NCBI GenBank assembly: GCA_963663225.1
Contig: OY760142.1
Location: forward strand, 672,001 to 736,000
Source: Nitrospirota bacterium
GTDB taxonomy: Bacteria; Nitrospirota; UBA9217
Direction of reading: 5' to 3'
Length of the DNA: 64,000 bases
Part shown: one piece after another, positions 19,882-30,243 of the stretch
How positions within the stretch are numbered: the stretch's first letter is position 1
Layout of the letters: every line of letters begins with the position of its first letter
Position numbers and translations under genes: made by a program
Notes under the pieces: generated by a model
What the model saw: the letters and a program-made list of their open reading frames with translations, nothing else
Told to the model about the DNA's origin: nothing
Database searches by the model: none

Positions 19882-21744
19882 TTACTTTATCGTATAGGAT
19901 GTTACCTGAATGGTGTCGCTCTTTATCCACCAGCCGGGAATCTTCGCCAGAACATAAAGCTTGCCTTTCACATCCTGTTGCTTGAGTAGTTGAAAGTCCA
20001 TCACGATCCCCTGAACCTTCCTTATGTTGAACCGTTCCTCAAGCCTCGCATTGTTCCAGCTCAGCCCCACAAATTCAGCATCCTTGTATCCGGGTATAAA
20101 CTTAATTCCGATGGTATCAAGGTACGGGACAGCATTATTTTTAGGCACGATGATTTCCTCTTTGCCGTCACCGTTCAGATCGAGTGCGAGCACCCGGCCC
20201 CGAATCCTCGCTTTTTCTCGTTCAAGAGATACCGGAGGGTTGCCTGTTTTTTCTGCTTGTTCTGAGGCGGCTTTTATAAAGTCAGCATCGTGTCCTGTTA
20301 TAGGTTTGATTACCGTTGTTCCGACTGCTGGATATTTTTCTTCGCTTTTCCAAATGACGCTGTTATTTGCATAAACGACCAGTTGATCATTATTATTCAA
20401 AGATACCAGGAGCGGCTGGGACTCTCCCATGTCGGCGATTACAAAGCCATAAAGTTCTACACCCTTCGGAAGCGGAAACTCGAGTCCTGCAACGTATTTT
20501 CCTTCCGCCCAAGAGTATTGCTTCGGCTTTCCGGCATAAAATGTTACCGGGTCATAGTTCTGGCCGATCAGAATGTCTCCTTTGCCGGGGTATTTTACAA
20601 CCCGCAGGAAGCCTGGCATTGCCGCTATCCGGCTGAAAATGCCGTTCTGGAGCGCCATGACATACGAAATCACTTTTTCGTTCTGCATGGCAGTCACGAA
20701 GATTTCCGGTTTGCCGTCGCTGTTAATGTCGGCAACATCAATGTTGATGTGCGTTATCTCACCGGAAGCAAACGGTACTGATTCCGACCATTCTTCTCTC
20801 CATCCCGTTGACTCCTGCAAATAGATATGCAGTCTTATGCCATCAGAAAAAATATAGTGCAGAACACCATTTCCTGCGAGATCAGCAACAGCAAACAACC
20901 GGGCGTCAAACGGAAGCCTCGGTATGACTTTCCCGTCTGACACAAAGCTTTTTCCTTCGGCAAAGAAGCTGGTCTCCTCTCTGTCCGGAGCAAAAAACGG
21001 TTTCACGTCCGTGAGCGATTCTTTCCTGGTTTTCAGGTCAAGCATGGCCATGATCGTATTGATCGGCCTCGCGTTATCTGCATAATACATCCCTGCCGTC
21101 ACCAGAAGTTTACCTCCCTCCGATGGATAAATTTCAACGGCAGCGACCACGTCAAGCGCAAACGTACGTCCCATTTCTTTGATCAAGGAGGCATCGCGTT
21201 GTTTCCGGTCTTTCAGAAAGGCCGCCATAGTGTCGTTCTCGACAACTGAAAATCTTCCGAGTTCGTTCAAACGGCGGGAAAGTTCCTGCATGATTCCCGC
21301 CTGGGCAACCCGCAACGGTATGAGGGCAATCCGGATTTTTTTGGGCGTGATCCGGGCCGTGTCCCCCGGCTGCGGTTGTTTGATCTTTTTAATGACGCGT
21401 ATCGTGGACGACGTTTCTCCCACCTCGGAAACTTCTGCTTCTCCGACTTCCTCTTCCATGCGGCCAAGCACTGTTCCGTTCACCGGGTGGAGTATTTCCT
21501 TGCCTGCGCGCCAAAGCGACAACGTCACGCCAGCTTTCAGCCCGTCTTTGCTGCCCAACGCCACCATCAGCGTTTCTCCCTGAACGGTTTTTATTTCACC
21601 CTGCACCTTGGGAAAATAGGAAGAAATGGCGCTCGCAAGCTCATTGACCGAGGTATATTCTTCCACCCCAAGCGGCTTTTCCGCGCTGCCGGCTGTTGCA
21701 ACAAACATTATGACCGGCAAAAACAGCATAAGGAACTTTTTCAT
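19882..21744 (-). CDS. Secreted protein with FlgT-C-like N-domain and FG-GAP/VCBS repeats
   Basis: Signal peptide; LGSKDGLKAG...HPVNGTVLG; Ca-binding-type DINSDGKPEI and DLNGDGKEEI repeats; SD AAGGAG. Confidence 0.75.
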   Translation of the reverse strand: MKKFLMLFLPVIMFVATAGSAEKPLGVEEYTSVNELASAISSYFPKVQGEIKTVQGETLMVALGSKDGLKAGVTLSLWRAGKEILHPVNGTVLGRMEEEVGEAEVSEVGETSSTIRVIKKIKQPQPGDTARITPKKIRIALIPLRVAQAGIMQELSRRLNELGRFSVVENDTMAAFLKDRKQRDASLIKEMGRTFALDVVAAVEIYPSEGGKLLVTAGMYYADNARPINTIMAMLDLKTRKESLTDVKPFFAPDREETSFFAEGKSFVSDGKVIPRLPFDARLFAVADLAGNGVLHYIFSDGIRLHIYLQESTGWREEWSESVPFASGEITHINIDVADINSDGKPEIFVTAMQNEKVISYVMALQNGIFSRIAAMPGFLRVVKYPGKGDILIGQNYDPVTFYAGKPKQYSWAEGKYVAGLEFPLPKGVELYGFVIADMGESQPLLVSLNNNDQLVVYANNSVIWKSEEKYPAVGTTVIKPITGHDADFIKAASEQAEKTGNPPVSLEREKARIRGRVLALDLNGDGKEEIIVPKNNAVPYLDTIGIKFIPGYKDAEFVGLSWNNARLEERFNIRKVQGIVMDFQLLKQQDVKGKLYVLAKIPGWWIKSDTIQVTSYTIK

Positions 21745-21819
21745 GCTTCCCGTACTCCTTTTCTCTCTGCTGCTTTAATAATCTTTTTTAACTTTCAATC
21801 CCGCACAGTATGTCGTATT

Positions 21820-24033
21820 TCACTGAACTCTCATTGCGACCTGTGCTTCCCATGACTGTCCGGGTAAAAGCGAAATACGCCATATCGGCATCACCATGGA
21901 GCTCTGGAATACCCGCTCGAATCCCGCTTCCGACTGTGAAACGGTCTCCACCGGCGCACGCCAGAGCAGGGCCGGCTGTGAAAACACCAAGGCAAGCCTG
22001 ATCTTCTGCCATTCATCCACAAGGCTCACCTGACACACCCCGTTTGATTCGCCTGTTGACGCAAGATTTCTTTTTTCCAGCGCATGCCCGGGAATTTCAT
22101 AATAGCGGTCAGGGGCGTTTCCGGCAAGAAGCGAAAAATTAAACTCGCTTCCGAAATCCGTCGTAAGTTCACAATCGCCCAGGTTCTCAATCCTGTACCG
22201 AATGCAGACCTCGGGAACGGCGCTCTGCAGTAACAGTTCTTTCCTGACCTGCACGCCGATCCCGGCCACCGTCCCTTTGCGCGCCAGGGTCACCGTTGCA
22301 CGATTTTTTGCTTTTCTGCATAGTGTTTCATAAGCACCAAGCACAAAATCTCCGGCCTCATGATACTTGCATCTCATGAATCCCGCCAGGTCCGCGCCCG
22401 GGCCGAGAAAATGATCAAGGAGCGTCCCCCGGACATACCAGTCGTAAAACAGGTGCTGCTGGAGTCCGTCCTCCTTTACCATTACCCGTTCATGGATCGT
22501 TTTTGCACCGCCGTCGTGAGTTCCGCCGGCAGAGGCATTGACAGCTTGAAGAATCTTTTCGTGATACCCCTCTTGTCTGCGCGTCAGCGTGTTCATCAGA
22601 TTAAACGAACGCGGCTTCCAGTCAAGCTCGGTTATTCTGCCACCTTCAGACGGCTCTATAAACAGGTTCAGCAACTCGGAATTCAGCATGATTTCTTTGT
22701 TGCCGTCCAGATCAAAATCTCCTTGTTCAATCTCCAGCCAGGTTACGGGATCACTTTTTGTCCGGGCCGGTCGTCTTGTTCCTGTTTTGGATGTCCGGTC
22801 TTTCTCCTTGCATTGATGTCGCACGGTATCTGCAAGGACCTCGGCCTCGATGAGATGTTCGTATACCGCTGAGCGCAGGTGCGGCAAATAAAGTCCGCCG
22901 AATACGCCGTGCCAGTATGCGTCATTGCACTGGGCCTGATACAGATGATCGGTCATTCGTGACGCGGTCTGCCCTCTCTTCGATCCTTGCGGAACGGAAA
23001 CGCTCAGGGCATCATGAACCTTTTCGCTCACCATCATCATCCGTTTGTGCAGGTGATTGCTTTCGGAATATTTGGCCAGGAAGTTTCTCCAGATCCCGCC
23101 CTTGATGAACGGTCTCAGTCCTTCGAAATCAGGAGTATTTTTCACCTTGGCCAGTGCACGATCATACTCCATCATAGCTCGCGTCGGAAGAGTCCATTCC
23201 CCCATTTCCATATAAGACGCCGTCGGAAGATACACCCTTCCCCGGGGCGGCTCCTTGGCCAGGTATTCCGAAAACGTCGTGGTTTCCAGCCAGTCGCTGT
23301 TCTGCTCGATCAGGGCAAACAACCGTTCAAGCCATTGTTCTTCGTATACGGAATGAAACGTCTCGGGCCATACGCCGAACTTCTCCCCGTCGTCGGCCAT
23401 AACCATCAGGCGGTTGCGCTCCTGCGAACGCAAACCTGCAAGAAGTTCTATGGTTTCTTCCGGCCTGTGAAACGGGATTAAATACCGGAGCCGCTCACTT
23501 CCCGGGAAAATACGTACAAGGCTGTTTTGGTCCTCGGTAAGATAGTAGCCGTCGAGTTCATCATCATGGAGACCGGCCATCTTAAAATGAAAATCATCAA
23601 CTACGACATGGTTTATTCCTGCGGCGGCAATGGCCTTTGCCAGATGCGGTTCCCAAACCCGTTCGGCAAGCCACATGCCCTGCGCATTATAGCCGACAGT
23701 ACAGCGTATGTAATCGGAAAGCGCGCAGATCTGTCCAGTTTTATCAGCATCCGGCAGCACGGCAATTACGGGCTCATAGAATCCGCCCGAAAGTATCTCC
23801 GCCCGTTTTGCAGATACAAGCGCTTTCAGTTTTTGAATAAATTCCGGATGGTGTTTTTCAAAAAAATGATAGAGAATTCCTGTGTAATGGAGCACAATCT
23901 TGATCTTCGGGTGGCGTTCCAACACCTTGATAAACGGGAGATAGGATTTTTGGTATGCCTCCTCGGCGACGAACTCAAAATTGCCGACCGGTTGATGGTT
24001 ATGAATCGTGAAAATAAACTGTACTTTCGGCAT
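21820..24033 (-). CDS. GH57 alpha-amylase/4-alpha-glucanotransferase (DUF1925/1926 type)
   Basis: HNHQP, GMWLAERVW, DDGEKFG, SYMEM, AQCNDAYWHGVFGGLY, SQSEAGFE; promoter TTGACT-17-TAATAT upstream. Confidence 0.93.
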   Translation of the reverse strand: MPKVQFIFTIHNHQPVGNFEFVAEEAYQKSYLPFIKVLERHPKIKIVLHYTGILYHFFEKHHPEFIQKLKALVSAKRAEILSGGFYEPVIAVLPDADKTGQICALSDYIRCTVGYNAQGMWLAERVWEPHLAKAIAAAGINHVVVDDFHFKMAGLHDDELDGYYLTEDQNSLVRIFPGSERLRYLIPFHRPEETIELLAGLRSQERNRLMVMADDGEKFGVWPETFHSVYEEQWLERLFALIEQNSDWLETTTFSEYLAKEPPRGRVYLPTASYMEMGEWTLPTRAMMEYDRALAKVKNTPDFEGLRPFIKGGIWRNFLAKYSESNHLHKRMMMVSEKVHDALSVSVPQGSKRGQTASRMTDHLYQAQCNDAYWHGVFGGLYLPHLRSAVYEHLIEAEVLADTVRHQCKEKDRTSKTGTRRPARTKSDPVTWLEIEQGDFDLDGNKEIMLNSELLNLFIEPSEGGRITELDWKPRSFNLMNTLTRRQEGYHEKILQAVNASAGGTHDGGAKTIHERVMVKEDGLQQHLFYDWYVRGTLLDHFLGPGADLAGFMRCKYHEAGDFVLGAYETLCRKAKNRATVTLARKGTVAGIGVQVRKELLLQSAVPEVCIRYRIENLGDCELTTDFGSEFNFSLLAGNAPDRYYEIPGHALEKRNLASTGESNGVCQVSLVDEWQKIRLALVFSQPALLWRAPVETVSQSEAGFERVFQSSMVMPIWRISLLPGQSWEAQVAMRVQ

Positions 24034-24173
24034 GTCGTCAAGACCTCAAGTTTCCTCGAAATTTTATGAGGATACAGTTTGAAATATTAGCCTTATAGCT
24101 CCGAAAAGTCAATCAAAAACAGGGAAATAGAGGGGTACTGGGGAAGTTCGGAAGAGAGAATTTACGGTCCCGC

Positions 24174-25556
24174 TCAGTCTCTTACTTCAATTCCAAACGA
24201 TTTGATCTTCCGGTGAAGATTGCTGCGTTCCACGCCGATGGCATCCGCCGTCTTGCTTATGTTGCCTCCGTTTTCCGCAAGTTTCCGGGTAATGAACTCA
24301 CGCTCAAATTCGGCGCGGGCATCCCTGAGTGTGGAAAATCTTGAAGTAACCGCGACCGCGACGGTCAGCGCGGATTTGCTCCCGGACTTGTCAGTATTGA
24401 CCGGTGGAGGAACCTCCTGGATGCCGATTCGGTGACCTGGGATCATGATGACCAGCCGCTCGATGATGTTCCGGAGTTCACGGACGTTTCCCGGCCATGG
24501 ATAACGGACAAAGAGTTCAAGGGCCTCAGTGTCCATCGTTTTCACTTTTTGTCCGTATTCCCTGGAAAACTCCAGCAGGAAGTATTGGATCAGCCGGGGA
24601 ATATCGTCAGATCGTTCGCGGAGCGGAGGAACTTCAAGCGGGAGGACATTCAGCCGATAATACAGGTCTTCACGGAATATGCCTTTTCTGATCTCATCAC
24701 CAAGATTCTTGTTCGATGCTGCAATCACCCGCATGTCCGCTTTGAGCGTTTTCGTGCCGCCCACGCGCTGGAACTCCTGTCCCTCCAGCACGCGCAACAC
24801 CTTGGCCTGCGTGGCAAGGGTCATGTCGGCAATTTCATCAAGGAAAATTGTACCGCCGTCCGCGACCTCGAATTTTCCGCGTTTCATTCCGGTCGCGCCG
24901 GTAAAGGCGCCCCGTTCATGCCCAAAAAGCTCACTTTCGATCAACTCCTGAGGTATGGCTGCACAGTTTACTTCCACAAAAGGGCCGTCTGCACGCCTGC
25001 TGGCGCGGTGAATCGCCCGTGCAACAAGCTCTTTTCCTGTACCGCTCTCACCATGAATAAGCACCCAGCCGTTTGTGGGACCGGCAAGGGCAATTTGCTG
25101 CTTCAGCGACATGATCTGTCTGCTCTCTCCCACAATTTCGTACCGTCGTTCAATACGCTGTCTGAGTGTCTGATTTTCTTCACGCAAGCGGTATTCTTCC
25201 AGGCCGTGTTGAACTACCAGTATCAAGTGGTCCAGCTGCGGCGGCTTGACTAAAAAATCGTAGGCTCCCATTTTGACCGTTTTGACCGCAGTATCGATTG
25301 TACCGTGACCGGTGACCATGATTATGGGCATTTCAGGCCTGATATCCTTGATCCTGCGCAGTGTCTCGATGCCATCCATCTCAGGCATGGCAATGTCAAG
25401 CAGTACAAGAGACGGCTGTATCTCACTTAGGAGGTCAATGCTTTCCCTGCCGGAGGCAGCAGTCACGACGTCGTAACCTTCATCGCGCATTACGTCTGCC
25501 AAACTTTTACGAACGCTTTCTTCATCGTCGATTATCAAAATGGTTTCATGCGGCAT
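24174..25556 (-). CDS. Sigma54-dependent response regulator, NtrX-like (REC-AAA-HTH)
   Basis: REC LLDIAMP; GESGTGKE; GAFTGA; FLDEI; WPGNVREL; RSNLHRK HTH. Confidence 0.92.
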   Translation of the reverse strand: MPHETILIIDDEESVRKSLADVMRDEGYDVVTAASGRESIDLLSEIQPSLVLLDIAMPEMDGIETLRRIKDIRPEMPIIMVTGHGTIDTAVKTVKMGAYDFLVKPPQLDHLILVVQHGLEEYRLREENQTLRQRIERRYEIVGESRQIMSLKQQIALAGPTNGWVLIHGESGTGKELVARAIHRASRRADGPFVEVNCAAIPQELIESELFGHERGAFTGATGMKRGKFEVADGGTIFLDEIADMTLATQAKVLRVLEGQEFQRVGGTKTLKADMRVIAASNKNLGDEIRKGIFREDLYYRLNVLPLEVPPLRERSDDIPRLIQYFLLEFSREYGQKVKTMDTEALELFVRYPWPGNVRELRNIIERLVIMIPGHRIGIQEVPPPVNTDKSGSKSALTVAVAVTSRFSTLRDARAEFEREFITRKLAENGGNISKTADAIGVERSNLHRKIKSFGIEVRD

Positions 25557-25684
25557 AGGAAATACTGTAGCAGATTTTCAACAGTGTGTAAAGCACGGGA
25601 CCTGCCGGAAAGTCACAACATCATGTATATGACTGAATTAACGTAGTTTTTTTGAAACTGAACCTGCGTTTTGCAACTGATCCG

Positions 25685-26167
25685 TCAAAGTTTATACCCG
25701 ATTTTTCTTAAAAAATCCTTGCGCATCGCTTTATCACCGGCGCCTTCAATGCCTTTCGGTGGAAAACCATCGATAACACCGAGGATCCCTTTGCCCTGAT
25801 CCGTCGACGCCACCACCACTTCAAGCGGATTTGCCGTGGCGCAGAAGATTCGACAAACTTCCGGGCAGTTCTTGATCTGGTTCAGGACATTGATCGGGAA
25901 GGCGTTTTTCAGCATGACGCAGAACACATGGCCGGCGCCGATTGATTGCAAAATCTTCGTGCAGGATTCGATAAGACCGTCATCGTTGCCCTCCGTACGG
26001 ATAAGGCAGGGACCGGAAGCCTCTGTAAACGCAATGCCGAACTTTGCCTGCGGCACCGTGCCGGCGATAATTTCATACAAGTCTTCCGCTGTTTTTATAA
26101 AGTGGGTCTGGCCGAGAATAATATTGCAGCCATCAGGAATTTCAACTGAAACAGTATTCAGATTCAT
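25685..26167 (-). CDS. Adenosine-specific kinase family (DUF355) protein
   Basis: GQTHFIKT, FGIAFTEASG, FCATANP, GVIDG, IGYK; SD GGAGG before ATG 26167. Confidence 0.88.
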   Translation of the reverse strand: MNLNTVSVEIPDGCNIILGQTHFIKTAEDLYEIIAGTVPQAKFGIAFTEASGPCLIRTEGNDDGLIESCTKILQSIGAGHVFCVMLKNAFPINVLNQIKNCPEVCRIFCATANPLEVVVASTDQGKGILGVIDGFPPKGIEGAGDKAMRKDFLRKIGYKL

Positions 26168-26256
26168 AGGACCTCCTTCAGAGAGAAATCTGCGCACTGT
26201 CTGTTACTATACCAGATTTTAGCAATGGGAGGAACCCGTGATGAAATTTTTGAGCG

Positions 26257-26955
26257 CTAGAGAGGATTTTTGTACAGAACCGGGGACTCGGTACCGTTTT
26301 GAAGCAGATCAAGCATGCGGGCGATGGACTCATCGTGAAGCTCGCGAATATAATCCTTGTCCATGCCCCACTTCCGCTTTCCATTCAGAAAGGAAAGAAA
26401 AACCATGCTCTTGTACAATCTTTTGTTGGTTTTGAAGGAAAACATATAACGGTCAAGTGAGCTCTCCAGAAGCAGGTCGCTTCTTTTGCGCACATGTTTG
26501 CTGATTAAAACCGTCTGGAGCCAATAGGTTTTGTCGATGAGGCTGTCCGCCTGCATTTCCATCCAGGTATGCCCCATATTGCCCTTTTCGTCCGTAAGAG
26601 CCTCATGTGCCACGGAATCAGCAGCGAGATGGCTCAGATATCCGTAGGCGAAAGCGCGTTCAGGCCATGTTTTCGCCTGATCCAGAAGCTTGAGCCCGAC
26701 ATCCCAGGAATGTGAGCTTTTGTCTTCGGGAAGATACTTTTTCCCAAGGATGATGTCGGCCATCAGATTGCCGTACAGAAAATCCTGTTTGTGCTTTCGT
26801 AAAAGTGCAAGAATGCCCGCGGGAATCAATGAAGTATACGACAGAAGTTCATTGCCGAGATACATATGGGTCAAAGGCCCCCATGCAAACGCAAAAGACG
26901 GAACGAGCAGAAATCCCACTACCAGAAGAACAAAATACATGAATAATACCGGCAC
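26257..26955 (-). CDS. Zinc-dependent phospholipase C family protein
   Basis: Signal peptide then WGPLTH; GYLSHLAAD; HTWME. Confidence 0.8.
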   Translation of the reverse strand: MPVLFMYFVLLVVGFLLVPSFAFAWGPLTHMYLGNELLSYTSLIPAGILALLRKHKQDFLYGNLMADIILGKKYLPEDKSSHSWDVGLKLLDQAKTWPERAFAYGYLSHLAADSVAHEALTDEKGNMGHTWMEMQADSLIDKTYWLQTVLISKHVRKRSDLLLESSLDRYMFSFKTNKRLYKSMVFLSFLNGKRKWGMDKDYIRELHDESIARMLDLLQNGTESPVLYKNPL

Positions 26956-27099
26956 CTTCTCAACAAGTATGATAAAAACAACGGGATATGTTAACTCTCA
27001 GAAACCAGGGCGTCAATATTTTTTTGCAAAAAAATACGTAATCCTTTGGACTTGTTTAGAAAATAACTACAATTTCTTGTCGGATAGCCGGGGAAAAAA

Positions 27100-27327
27100 T
27101 TACTTGCACCCTGCGCACGAGGAAGACGTGCAGCCGCCGCAACCGGAGCTGCCTCCGGAGGAGTCTGCCGCTGGACTGTTTGAAGACCTGCCCATACCGA
27201 AGCGGGACATCCGCTTGCTTGTTTTCCTTGAACCGCATTTCTCGCAGGCTACTTCAGGATTCGATCCGAAAACAAGCTTTTCAAAATCGGCACCGCAGCC
27301 GTTGCAATGATATTCGTAGATAGGCAT
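27100..27327 (-). CDS. FmdB-family zinc-ribbon protein
   Basis: MPIYEYHCNGCG...CEKCGS, Cys-rich tail CGGCTSSSCAGC. Confidence 0.9.
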   Translation of the reverse strand: MPIYEYHCNGCGADFEKLVFGSNPEVACEKCGSRKTSKRMSRFGMGRSSNSPAADSSGGSSGCGGCTSSSCAGCK

Positions 27328-27362
27328 AATGATTCACGCTCGCAGCAAACCTGTCTAGATTC

Positions 27363-28010
27363 CTATTTCTTCTCCAGTTTTTTCCAGTCAGAGAGGAATT
27401 TTTCAATTCCAATGTCAGTGAGAGGATGCTTTGTGAGTTGGTCGATCACGCTGAAAGGAATCGTGGCAATATGGGCGCCGGCCAGCGCTGCATCAACCAC
27501 ATGAAGCGGATTTCTTACACTTGCGACAATAACCTCGGTCGCATAGCCATAGTTGTCAAAAATTGTAACAATCTGCCGTACGAGATCAATACCATACGTG
27601 CTGATATCGTCCAATCTCCCCACGAAAGGGCTCACATAAGCAGCACCGACCTTGGCGGCAAGCAGTGCCTGGGAAGGAGAAAAAACCAGCGTCATATTGA
27701 CTTTGATCCCGCGCTCCGCCAATATTTTTGTCGCCTTGAGGCCATCTTTGGTCATGGGAAGCTTCACAACGATATTCTTGTGGATCTTCGCCAGATCAAC
27801 ACATTCTGCCACCATCTTATCTGCTTCGAGACTCACCGCTTCCGCGCTTATCGGACCATCTACGATTGAGCAAATTTCGGTGATTACCTGTTTAAAGTCC
27901 CGTCCTTCCTTTGCTATCAGCGAAGGATTGGTCGTCACGCCGTCAACCACTCCAAGACTTGCCGCTTCCCGGATTTCTTTTACGTTTGCTGTGTCAATAA
28001 AAAATTTCAT
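27363..28010 (-). CDS. fsa: Fructose-6-phosphate aldolase/transaldolase (short TalC type)
   Basis: [35 protein letters not shown]; promoter TTGACA-17-TAAAAT at 28100-28072. Confidence 0.93.
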   Translation of the reverse strand: MKFFIDTANVKEIREAASLGVVDGVTTNPSLIAKEGRDFKQVITEICSIVDGPISAEAVSLEADKMVAECVDLAKIHKNIVVKLPMTKDGLKATKILAERGIKVNMTLVFSPSQALLAAKVGAAYVSPFVGRLDDISTYGIDLVRQIVTIFDNYGYATEVIVASVRNPLHVVDAALAGAHIATIPFSVIDQLTKHPLTDIGIEKFLSDWKKLEKK

Positions 28011-28226
28011 GATCCATCTCCTTCACCGGGCGGTTTCCGAGAAACTGCCGGTTTCTCAATTTACGTGTTGCATTTTATGGCATTTATACGCGACTGTCAA
28101 GCCAAGGCAGCATTGCTCGGAATTGAATTGACAAACATGCAGGGATTGGCGAGCTTGTTTTGTATAAAAGCTCCTGCGGGACATGCACGCCGCGGGGCTT
28201 TCTCAGCGCAACTGTTTTTACTGCAA

Positions 28227-28478
28227 TCAGTCTTGTTTTTCGTATTTCCTGGCGCAGGCTTCCGTGCAAAAATAATACGTTTTGCCGTCAATGCGCCGTG
28301 AGACGGCACGGTGCTTCACCACATAGGTATTGCATTCCGGATCGAGTACCATCTCTTCGCCGGGAAGGCGGTCTTTCCGTTCTGTACCGGTGTTTGCACT
28401 GATTACCGACCGGATTGCTGCTTTTGCGGCATAGTACAACAGAATAACAACTGCCAAAATAACAAGATAGCGTACCAT
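28227..28478 (-). CDS. Small membrane-anchored YHS/TRASH-domain protein
   Basis: N-terminal TM; MVLDPECNTYV...YYFCTEAC. Confidence 0.8.
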   Translation of the reverse strand: MVRYLVILAVVILLYYAAKAAIRSVISANTGTERKDRLPGEEMVLDPECNTYVVKHRAVSRRIDGKTYYFCTEACARKYEKQD

Positions 28479-28525
28479 GTAAATACCTTGGCTCCTACTT
28501 CAAGCAGGCTGCGGAATCCTGCAAA

Positions 28526-30085
28526 CTAATGCCTGAAATGCCGCATCCCTGAAAACACCATTGCGATACCCTGCTCATCGGCTGCCTTGATCACCTCTTC
28601 GTCCCTGATGGATCCACCGGGCTGAATGACTGCCGTCATTCCGGCTTTTGCAGCTTCATCAAGTGCATCGCGGAAGGGGAAAAATGCGTCCGATGCGACC
28701 ACCGTGCCCTTCAGCGGAAATTGGGCTTTCATGACGGCAATCCTCACCGAATCCAGACGGCTCATCTGGCCGGCTCCAATGCCAATGGTCCGGTCTTTGG
28801 TTGCAAAAATAATTGTATTGGACTTCACATGTTTACACACTTTCCATGCGAACGCGAGTCCCTCATATTCGTCGTCCGTGGGTTTTCGCCGTGTCGCCAC
28901 TACCAGTTTTCTGATGTCCGCTATCGAGCCGAGATCCCGGTCCTGGTAGATCAGTCCTCCTACAATCTTTTTCAAGTCCATACCCTCTGGTGCACCTTTG
29001 ACGTTAGGGCCGATATCGAGCAGGCGTACGTCTTTTTTCCGCTTCAGCTCCTGGAGGGCATCAGGCGCAAATTCCGGCGCGACGACAACTTCCACGAATG
29101 TCGAGGTGATTTCCTTGGCTGTTTCAATGTCGACCATGCGGTTGAAGGCAATTACTCCGCCGTAGGCCGACACCGGATCGCACTCACGCGCTTTGCGATA
29201 GGTATCAACCAGCGCTCCTCCGACAGCCACACCACAGGGGTTGTTGTGCTTTACGATCACCGTCGCTGTCTGTTCATACTCTTTTGCAAGCTCAAGTGCG
29301 CTGTTTGCATCAAGGAAATTATTGAAAGACATCTCTTTCCCGTGGAGTTGCTTCGCATTGGCTACCGACGGTTCCTTGCGTCCGAATTCACGGTAGAAGG
29401 CGCCCTGCTGATGAGGATTTTCTCCATAGCGGAGATTCTGCACTTTTTCAAATTGAAGCGTAAGAATATTGGGAAACCGGGTTTTCTCCTCATCAGGCAC
29501 CTGGCTGTCGAGCCATGCCGAGATGGCGCTGTCGTACCGGGCAGTGTGCAGAAAGACCGTCCGGCACAGGTCGAAACGGGTCTTGGCTGATACTTCCCCG
29601 GTCTTTTTAATTTCATCGAGCACGCGTCCGTAATCCCTCGGAGAAACCACGACGGCCACGTCAGTGTAATTTTTTGCCGCTGAGCGCAGCATGGTCGGAC
29701 CGCCGATGTCGATGTTCTCGATTGCTTCTTCGAGCGTGCAGCCTGGTTTTGCAACAGTCTGTTCGAAGGGGTACAGGTTCACCACCACGAGGTCAATCGG
29801 TTCGATGCCGTGCTCTTTCATCTGCCGAACGTGTTCGGGGTCGTGCCGTTTGCCGAGAAGTCCCCCATGGATTTTCGGATGCAGCGTCTTGACCCTGCCG
29901 TCGAGCATTTCGGGAAACCCCGTGAACTCGGAAACATCCTTCACGCTTACTCCGCCGTCCCTTAAAAGTTTGGCTGTACCACCCGTTGAAAGAATTTCGA
30001 TGTTCAGTGCCTCAAGCCCTTTGGCAAAATCAAGAATCCCATGTTTATCAGATACACTAATGAGCGCGCGCTTTATTTTAGCCAC
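28526..30085 (-). CDS. purH: Bifunctional AICAR transformylase/IMP cyclohydrolase
   Basis: [43 protein letters not shown]; GTG start with SD GGAGG. Confidence 0.98.
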   Translation of the reverse strand: MAKIKRALISVSDKHGILDFAKGLEALNIEILSTGGTAKLLRDGGVSVKDVSEFTGFPEMLDGRVKTLHPKIHGGLLGKRHDPEHVRQMKEHGIEPIDLVVVNLYPFEQTVAKPGCTLEEAIENIDIGGPTMLRSAAKNYTDVAVVVSPRDYGRVLDEIKKTGEVSAKTRFDLCRTVFLHTARYDSAISAWLDSQVPDEEKTRFPNILTLQFEKVQNLRYGENPHQQGAFYREFGRKEPSVANAKQLHGKEMSFNNFLDANSALELAKEYEQTATVIVKHNNPCGVAVGGALVDTYRKARECDPVSAYGGVIAFNRMVDIETAKEITSTFVEVVVAPEFAPDALQELKRKKDVRLLDIGPNVKGAPEGMDLKKIVGGLIYQDRDLGSIADIRKLVVATRRKPTDDEYEGLAFAWKVCKHVKSNTIIFATKDRTIGIGAGQMSRLDSVRIAVMKAQFPLKGTVVASDAFFPFRDALDEAAKAGMTAVIQPGGSIRDEEVIKAADEQGIAMVFSGMRHFRH

Positions 30086-30120
30086 GGTGGTCCTCCCAAG
30101 AAATATGTGAAATTATGGCA

Positions 30121-30149
30121 ATAGTAACCGGAAAAGGTCGGAATGTCAA
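30121..30149 (-). promoter_or_regulatory. sigma70 promoter of purH
   Basis: TTGACA-17-TACTAT. Confidence 0.7.
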
Positions 30150-30172
30150 TTTGCAATTTCCAGGTGGGACAA

Positions 30173-30216
30173 CAGGCCCTTGCGCAAACAATTAACACTG
30201 TCTGCGCAAAGACCTG
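30173..30216 (-). terminator. Long hairpin after the GlcF-like gene (probable terminator)
   Basis: CAGGCCCTTGCGCAAACA / TGTCTGCGCAAAGACCTG inverted repeat. Confidence 0.6.
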
Positions 30217-30243
30217 AATGTGCTGTCGGGAATGTATTGTGCG

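Noticed and set aside
28029-28057. Two overlapping alternative hairpins in the fsa leader
   Set aside because: Short, neither occludes the SD, and there is no other support.
30086-30243. Possible ZTP riboswitch upstream of purH
   Set aside because: The promoter lies only ~30 nt before the start codon and no pfl/ZTP core motif was seen; the hairpin is better explained as the upstream terminator.
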